In this document: piece after piece, positions 55,968-64,000 of the stretch
How the letters are laid out: the number at the start of each line of letters is the position of its first letter
Position numbering within the stretch: the stretch's first letter is position 1
Source of the DNA: Octopus vulgaris
Taxonomy: Eukaryota
Length of the DNA stretch: 64,000 nt
NCBI GenBank assembly: GCA_951406725.2
Contig: OX597836.1
Location: 36,518,001-36,582,000, forward strand
Direction of reading: 5' to 3'
Program-made: the position numbers and the translations under genes
Notes under the pieces: model-generated
Told to the model about the DNA's origin: nothing
Databases searched by the model: none
The model's input: the letters and a program-made list of their open reading frames with translations, nothing else

Positions 55968-55975
55968 GGTGGAGC

Positions 55976-57184
55976 TAATTGCAACATATCCTTGTTCGAC
56001 TGCGTTGCAGAAGAACAATGTTTGCATCTTTAGTGACGAGAACCGCTCACATTTATCTATCCGTCGGGTTTCAAGTGCTTGGTAGGGCGGAATTTGCTCT
56101 GTACCGTAAATAGTTGTATTTTACAATACTAAGATACTAAGTAAGATAAGCAAGAGTAAGTCCAGATTAAGCTGTAAAAACTTTGCAAAAATCAATAGCG
56201 TACGTAATAGATAACGTGTATTTTAAATTACTTTCAGAAAAATACTTACCTAGAAATATCGATCTATGTATATTCTCTTTTATAATTCAAAATATTAACT
56301 CATTATTTTAACTTAAAATATGTACAATAATATAAAACATAATAATCAGACTATTAATCGTTTATTATTTGCCACAAGAGCGACAGCAGACATGACATTA
56401 ACTGTCAAAATATCGGGAAGGAGTTATTTCAAAGTCTCAATAAGGGGTCAACGATATGCAGCCAAATAATGGAGGTTATCTTTTATTGTCAATGGCAAGA
56501 CGCCTTTCCCAGCAGCGTTTTCCTGTCTTGCAACTGTAAGTAAATACAGTTCACTCAGGTTATACTGGCTGCCCTCGTGTAGCTTCCAGCAAATAACTGC
56601 AGTACAACACTTCATTTCTGTTTTACCGTCCTTTCTATCTTGACTACTCTGTATCTTGACTACTTTTTACCTTGGCTACTTTCTATCTTGACTACTTTCT
56701 ATCTTGACTACTTTCTATCTTGACTGCTTTCTATCTTGACTACATTGTATCTTTACTACTTTCTATCTTGACTACTTTCTATCTTGACTAGCGCCTTCAG
56801 GCATAAAAGAAACTGCCTATTCTTCCCTGCAAGGAAAAGTAATCTTCAAAATTGCCGAAGCAAATTCGGCCGATAGATCTTACACATCCTGAACGACGGA
56901 GTGTAAAGTGATTGCCTCTTCCACATGCAGCTTGGACTGATCTAAAACACAGAATGGACGATACACATAGTAACAGTGTGAGACTTGTTGATTCTGACAT
57001 TATTCGAGTAGCCATCCAGTTGTTGAAAGCTAGGCGGCATGCAGAGAACGTCGTACGTTTTACCCACCAATTATTTACGGTAAAAAAGCAAATTCCGCCG
57101 GAACCATGCATTTGAACTCCGACGGATAGATAAATGTGAGCGGTTTTCGTCACTAAAGATGCAAACAAGGATATGTTGCAATTA
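55976..57184. mobile_element. Long-TIR (fold-back type) non-autonomous element
   Basis: 55976-56118 is inverted at 57067-57184; no TSD identified. Confidence 0.7.
56631..56790. repeat. Minisatellite, 10 x 16 bp CTTTCTATCTTGACTA
   Basis: Direct reading. Confidence 0.95.
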
Positions 57185-57234
57185 TTCTAGGTTCGGCACT
57201 AACAGCTCGAGACACAGCATACTCAGTTACAATA

Positions 57235-57945
57235 AACATTTCTATCATAGGCAAAAATCTGGAAGTGTAGGGGATGATGCATTACTCAACTGGTAGTTAT
57301 TTCATCGACCCCGAAAAGATGAAATGCAAAGTCGACCTCGGCGGAATTTGAACTCAGAACGGGTGAAGTGCTATTATGCATTTGACTTGGTTTGCTAACA
57401 ATTCTGCTTACTCGACGCTTTACACAATTACATAGAATGCATTCTTTACGGACTGAGTGTGTGATTCGAAATGCCTGAAAATATGTCGTTAAATGTTCTT
57501 GCCCGACGTGCTAAGGGTTCTATAATTTTGCCACGTTATAAAGAACTTCTAAATGATAATTTTATTTCTATTATAGGCACAAAGCCTGAGTTCCGGGGTA
57601 AGTCGATTGATACTTATTTCATTGTCCCCGGAACTACGAAAGGCAAAATCGACATCGGTGTGATTTGAACTGAGAAAATAAAGACAGACGAAATGCCGCT
57701 CAGCATGCTGCCTGCCAGCTCACCTCCTAAAAAAAAACAAAAAAATCCCATTGGCAAAAGGTCTGAAATTTTGGAGATTTGGAGAGCTGAGTAATTTTAT
57801 TACTTCGACCTCAGTTCTTTTTCGGCATTGAAAGGATGAAAGTAAAACACGACCTCGGCATAAATTGAACTCTGAACGTAAGGACGGACGAAATGATGCT
57901 GAGTATTTTTCTCCGCCAGGCTAATAATTCTACCAGCTTACCAAC
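57235..57945 (-). mobile_element. Cluster of three old SINE family C-like copies
   Basis: Repeated aaagtcgacctcggcggaatttgaactcagaac-like cores near 57330, 57650 and 57855. Confidence 0.78.
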
Positions 57946-60526
57946 TGAAAAACAATTTTGATAAGACACGCATATCATATTCAAGAAATCGATATAAAGA
58001 AAGTATAATCTCGTTTATCTCCAAAAAATTTCAAAACGTTGAAATTATATAAACAGACCGCTGAATAAAACTAAAGGTAAATGATAGCATCTGTTTATTA
58101 AACTTCAAAATTTTTCCTTACAGCACACTTATCATCCATCATAAGTATGGTATTTAGCTGTTTTTCATGTTATCGTAAATGCTATAAGATGGGTTTTTTT
58201 TTCGATATTATAAAAATAAATGATATGACAGAGAGTGTATATCATCCAAAATACCTGTACGAAATAACAACAAAGTATTCTGAAAGTGAATTCACATGCA
58301 GCGAATGAAAAAGTTCTGAAACATCTCTGCGTAGAACTTGAACCTGGCCCAGAACACTACAGACGAATAAAAATATAAAGTAAAATCACCATCTTCTGAC
58401 GGCAGACCAATCCTCACCATGAGTTATCTGTTGTTTCCCATTATTAGATGCTTTTTCCTGTGTCGATGATTTGAAAAACAACACAGACTTTGCACAACAT
58501 TGGTAAAAATTGGAAATATTTTACATAGACACAAAATAACACAAATTAGCTGATAAAATATTGATTTTTGTATAAATTTTCTGTTGTTATTTCAAACGAA
58601 TCAAAAACTAAAAGCTAAAATGCCTTTTTTTCTGTTAAGGTGTAACAAAATATAGTTTCAGGCGATTTAGAATTATATATTGGGTTTTTCGTTTTCGGTT
58701 GTTGTCTTTACTTCCTCCTCTAACTATCAAGTTTATTTTCACCATAAGTCTACGACTGAATTTTTCTATTTTTCTTCTCTTACCAAAAATACTAACATCC
58801 TTCACAGTTGTCAACCAAATAAGTTTGCAGTTTCCTTGTAGTTTGCCCAAACTTAGCTGCAGTTTACGCATCATTAAACATCATTAGCATTTCCATTTCG
58901 TCTGAAGCTTTCGCCGCCACCACAGTAAGAAGCAAAAATATTATATAATATATTAGGTAATATAGCCCCGAGAAAAGTTGATTAGTAAGTCAAGTTCCTC
59001 GGGATTCAGCATCGATATTCTCGGTATAATATAGTCAACTTGAAATCGCTGGGAGCCATTCCCGTACATGGGAGGAGCAAAGTACCTATGATGTATAGAA
59101 ATAACTCTTATATACATTTAGAAATTCAATGATAGCGGATCATTATAGGTTTCTGTGGATATAATCCATTAGACCGTAGGTATAGTTTTGTAATAAAGGG
59201 TTGTATACTTCACAGATGACATTGATGCTTCTCTTAAATATACCATTAACGTTCTATTTTCTGATTGTGTTAAAAATATTTACATTTTCAGTACTGCTCT
59301 TGTGATCGCGATAATGCAATTGCTTTCCGGAAATGGACAATATCATTACATGCAACGTTATTTTACATTAGTTCACTTCAAATAGATGAATGGTTTGTAA
59401 CTTCCAAACAGCGATACATTGCGATTGAAGAACGAAAACATGTCTCCACTATTGATTTTGAATATTTCACTAAACTACTTAGTGAGGGCCACCACATAGA
59501 ACCGATAAATGGTAATAGGGTTATGGTTACAATAGTTGTTACTGAGCATGTTTATTCGTTCGAAATTGAAGAAACACAAACCGTGTTTCTCGGATTTATT
59601 TGTCATGAAAAGGGACATCTCTGAGCGTGAGAAAATACTGAAATGAAACCCATACGATCATGTGAATCCCTTTGGCTGCTGGTTACTCGAAGGAATACAC
59701 CAATATAATAGACAAGAGTTATTTATGTTTCGATGAGTCCATCGTTTTGCACCACCGAAATCTCTTGTGTATGGACTACATACAATTGAATATATACAAC
59801 ACCACGTGGAGCTTACTTTCAGTAATATTTCATTCTCATTTGCTTCCCACCAGTAGAATGCCTGTCTGTAAGTCTTTAATGATGCAGTTTTGTTGACGTA
59901 CAAATTTTGTTATATAAATTAGGCAATGGATACGTTCGCATACGTTACCTTCTGCATAAAGATAGTCTCTCATTCGGGGGTCTTCGAGAACACACCGCAA
60001 AACTTGAAAGAAATTATCTACTTCAAACGATAGCTATGGTTGATTCAGAATGGAGGGCATCGATATATGGTAGAAAAACGGGCGGTTATATTGCTGGCAT
60101 GTTTTATGAATACACGTCACAACGTTGGAAGTTTTGTGTATAAAATTACATCCATGATACGACAATGGTGGTTTAAAAAAATTCTATTATACGCTCATAT
60201 TTCAGGACATTTTATGTAAATAACTAATTGAAGACCAAGGTACACGTATTTAATCACCATAAAATAAGCATGCGGACATACGTACATACATACGTAGGTA
60301 CCAATAGGTATGCTGATATACAAGTGCACACATAGACACACAGACGCGCGCGCAGAAACACAGAGAGTTCACGAAACCCTAAATGGGAAACTTTGAGAGG
60401 GGTTAGCGTTGCCTTCAGGTGGAATACTGGCCTTCGCATATCGCTAGTGGTATGGCATCATTTGAAAGATACAGCAATGTGACGAGCTATGAATAGCAAC
60501 ATCCGAGAATCTGGTCAACACATTAA

Positions 60527-61105
60527 AGCGCAGAAGTGGCTGTGTGTTAAGAAACGTACTTTCCAACCACAAGACTCCGGGTTCAGTCCCACTGCGTGGC
60601 ACCTCGAGCAGGTGTCATCTGCTATAGCCTCGGGTCGACCAACGCTTTCTGAGTGGATTTGATACACAGAAACTAAAATAAACCTGCCGTTAATAAATAA
60701 ATAAATATTGTGTGGTAAGTAGCTTGCTAAACAACCACATGGTTCCGGGTTCAGTCCCACTCGTGGCATCTTGGGCAAGTGTCTTCTGCTATAGCCCTGG
60801 GCCGACCAATGCCTTGTGAGTGGATTTGGTAGACGGAAACTGAAAGAAGCCTGTCGTATATATGTATATATATATATATGTGTGTGTGTATGTGTTTGTG
60901 TGTCTGTGTTTGTCCCCCTAGCATTGCCTGACAACCGATGCCGGTATGTTTACGTCCCCGTCACTTAGGGGTTCGGCAAAACAGACCGATAGTATAAGTA
61001 CTAGGCTTACAAAGAATAACTCCCGGGGTCGATTTGCTCGACTAAAGGCGGTGCTCCAGCATGGCCGCAGTCAAATGAGTGAAACAAGTAAAAGAGTAAA
61101 GAGTA
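60527..61105 (+). mobile_element. SINE family A: diverged 5' half (60527-60690) followed by a near-full copy (60708-61105)
   Basis: Homology to family A. Confidence 0.9.
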
Positions 61106-61216
61106 ATATATATATATATATATATAACAATTTAATAAATAAAACATATGCATACATACATACATATATTTACATACCTACATCTATATGTATATATACA
61201 TGCATATATATATATG

Positions 61217-61555
61217 AGTACAGGACACCACAAATAAACGTAGAACACAACGAGAAACGAAAACATAAAATCAAACAAGGAAACGGACTTTTATTAACAA
61301 CGAAAAAACAGAGTACAAGACAAACAATACAAGGAATATTCCCCTATCATCAGCTGCCCCTGTTTCGACTCAATGCGTGTTTCGAAGGTAAGGGCAGAAC
61401 ACGATCCGGCCGAAGCAATCCTTCCTGCAAAATGAATTATATAAAATTCTTTTGCAGAGGGGTAAAAAAAGGTGACAAGAACAGGACGTAAAAGCAATAC
61501 AAATGAAGAAAAAACAGTATACATAAAGAATAAAAACAGGACAAGGAAGCCAATG
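61217..61555 (-). mobile_element. Possible Penelope-like terminal fragment
   Basis: A-rich tail beside (TA)n; minus strand holds CTGATGA and two GAAAC motifs but no complete fold. Confidence 0.45.
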
Positions 61556-62467
61556 TATGTATGTATGTATGTGTCTATATCATTACATTATTTAGAAAAT
61601 CACCAATGAGGCAATGTTGACAATGAAGACAGCAGTCATCTGCAAAGATGCTGTTATCAACATCATTATCATGTATGCATTTATGTGTACACACATATAT
61701 ATATATATATATAAATGAGTAGCAGAAGTACATGTGTGCGTATGTGAATATATATATATATACATATATATACATAGGCGTGCGAGCGCAAAAATAAAAT
61801 TAAACGAATACCTTCAACAGGAAAATCAAATTATATACGTTCAACAATCAATATATGTACTAGAGAAAGTACCTACTCAGAAAATAGTGCTATTACAAAA
61901 CATTAATTTTATAAACGTGCAGAAAACATTTCTTTGTGTATATGCGAGTATGCTTGTGTGCGTGTGTGCGTGCGTGCACGCATGTTGATGTATGCAAAAT
62001 AATAAACTGAAACACGAATATTTAAGTGAATTACAATATGCATTATAATGCAATAAATTTCGAACTTGATGCGTTAAATATGTGTAACGATGACTTCTAG
62101 TTGTACATGAATACAACTTTGTATGATACAACATATATGACAAAGAAACACGGCCTCTTCATTAAACGGGAAGATAGCACTTAGAATTTTTTTAAAATTT
62201 CACCTGCAAATTATATTTCTATTTCTGTTTTTTTATATGTATTTTGTTATATTTATGCCGTTATTCATATATTTTTGCTTATTTTAGTTATTTGGTTGCT
62301 GTCACGCTAAGGCAGATCTTTCGAGTAATTATCTTATTGAAAACTTTTATCGAATTGCTGCGTTACGTTTGAAATATGAATTAGCACGATGCGATGCTCC
62401 GCCAGGTAAAAACGCAGATACTAATATACACACGCACAAAAGAAAAAAAAATCATATTAAAATCATG

Positions 62468-62590
62468 AGGTGCAGGTGTGACTGTGTAGTAAGAAGCTTC
62501 GTTCCGGGTTCAGTCCCATTGTGCGTTACCTTGGACAAGTGTCTTCTACTCTAGATTTGTGCTAACCAAACTGAAATACACCCGTATACG

Positions 62591-62635
<45 letters not shown>

Positions 62636-62872
62636 ATGTGTGTGTGTGTATGTATGTATATATTTGTGTGTCTGTGTTTGTGACCCCACCATCGCATGAC
62701 AAACAATGTTGCTGTGTTTAATCCCCGCAACCTTAGCGGTTCGACAAAGGGGACCGATAGAATAATTACAAGACTTGCAAAGAATAAGTCCTACGGCCGA
62801 TTTGTTCGACTAAAGGCGGTGCTCCAGCATGACACCACTCAAATACCTGAAACAAATAAAATAATAAAAGTA
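62468..62872 (+). mobile_element. Diverged SINE family A
   Basis: Homology to family A. Confidence 0.85.
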
Positions 62873-63879
62873 TCAAAGAATATATGTGTGGGTATGTGTG
62901 CACAGCAAGCTTTGGTATAATTTGTATCTGCCAATTCATTTCTAGCCATTGCTCAATACATAGTTACACCAAATGACCACTTAGTGTCATCTTATGGAAC
63001 GTGTCAGTTAGTAGCGATGTTGAACTCAGTATTATACGCTTAAGAATAGAACCGCTTCACCACACAACCTTACTTACGCCTGTATTTTTCTATTTATTTT
63101 GCTACATTTACAGAGAAATGATCGTAAATAGAACTGGATTTCTCATTGTGCTAAAATATATTTTATTTGATATTTTGTGTGTGCGTGTGTATTTATTTTG
63201 TGCTTTGTTTTTTCTCTCATTCTTCATAGTTGTCACACATAAATAGACCGGAACACATGACTGAAAGCAATACAGTGAAAAGAAACTAACATACAATTGT
63301 ACATTGTAAAGTCTGGATAAAGAGAAAGAGAGAGAGAGAGGAGGGGAGAGTGGGAGAATGAAAAATAATAATACACTTAAACACAATGTACTATGAGGTT
63401 GAACAAATGATGCAAATAATTTTATGAAGCGTACAATTGTAAATATGAATCGAACAAATCGATAGATTTTTGTCGTCTTCTAATAGCGATAAATGTTTCA
63501 ACGACTGTTGCATTGAAAATTAAGTATAAAAAGACGTAGAAAAAAAATCTTTTCCCGAAGGAAAATCTACATTCAGTAGGAAAGATTAGAAAGAAAAGAA
63601 TAGGAATATGATCTGATTTGAATTAGACATACATATATGTTAGTGTGTCAGCACAGAGTATCAATGAATGGACCAATAATTAATAAACGTTTTGTCTAAT
63701 TTCCGAGTCGGCATTAACATATATAACGATTTATATTCTTTTCGATGTTATTTGAGCTTTTGCTCTACTCCAAACACCGTTGTCCTATACTTTAGAATGT
63801 GACACAATCAAGAGATTGGCACAGCATCTAAGCGTTAAAATAACAAACAAAACAAATATTGATATCATTATGCATAGTA

Positions 63880-63985
63880 GGGAAGCGAGCTGGCAGCTGG
63901 CAGAATAATTAGAAAACCGAGTGAATTGCTTAGCGGCATTTCGTTCGTCTTTACGTTCTGAATTCATGTTTCGCGGGGTTCGAAC
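63880..63985 (+). mobile_element. Degraded 5' part of SINE family C
   Basis: gcgagctggcag..gcttagcggcatttcg..ttacgttctgaattca. Confidence 0.75.
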
Positions 63986-64000
63986 TGTTGCCGATTATGA

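Noticed and set aside
56631-56790. CRISPR-like array
   Set aside because: Contiguous 16 bp units without unique spacers, in eukaryotic DNA
61335-61420. Complete hammerhead on the minus strand
   Set aside because: CTGATGA and GAAA are present but could not be joined by consistent stems

Overview
This is AT-rich, repeat-dominated eukaryotic DNA. The SINE families and (TA)n density suggest a coleoid cephalopod, probably Octopus (inference). No intact host protein-coding gene can be supported; almost all track ORFs are translated microsatellites or transposon debris. The window holds about 30 tRNA-derived SINE copies from at least four families, several decayed mariner and Tc1 transposases, non-autonomous DNA transposons (Merlin-like with internal TTAGGG, piggyBac-like, mariner MITEs, a 1.2 kb long-TIR element), a CR1 LINE 3' end and many Penelope-like element (PLE) terminal fragments. 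The most interesting signal is a set of minimal type I hammerhead ribozyme (HHR) motifs from several unrelated sequence families, read by eye and not computed. They lie at 778-926, 2945-3082, 9869-9912, 24362-24449, 29868-29937, 36611-36674, 37941-37998 and 46926-46963, with further decayed copies. They sit beside (TA)n tracts, in fold-back structures, near a PLE GIY-YIG remnant, and in one case in a templated inverted insertion inside a SINE.
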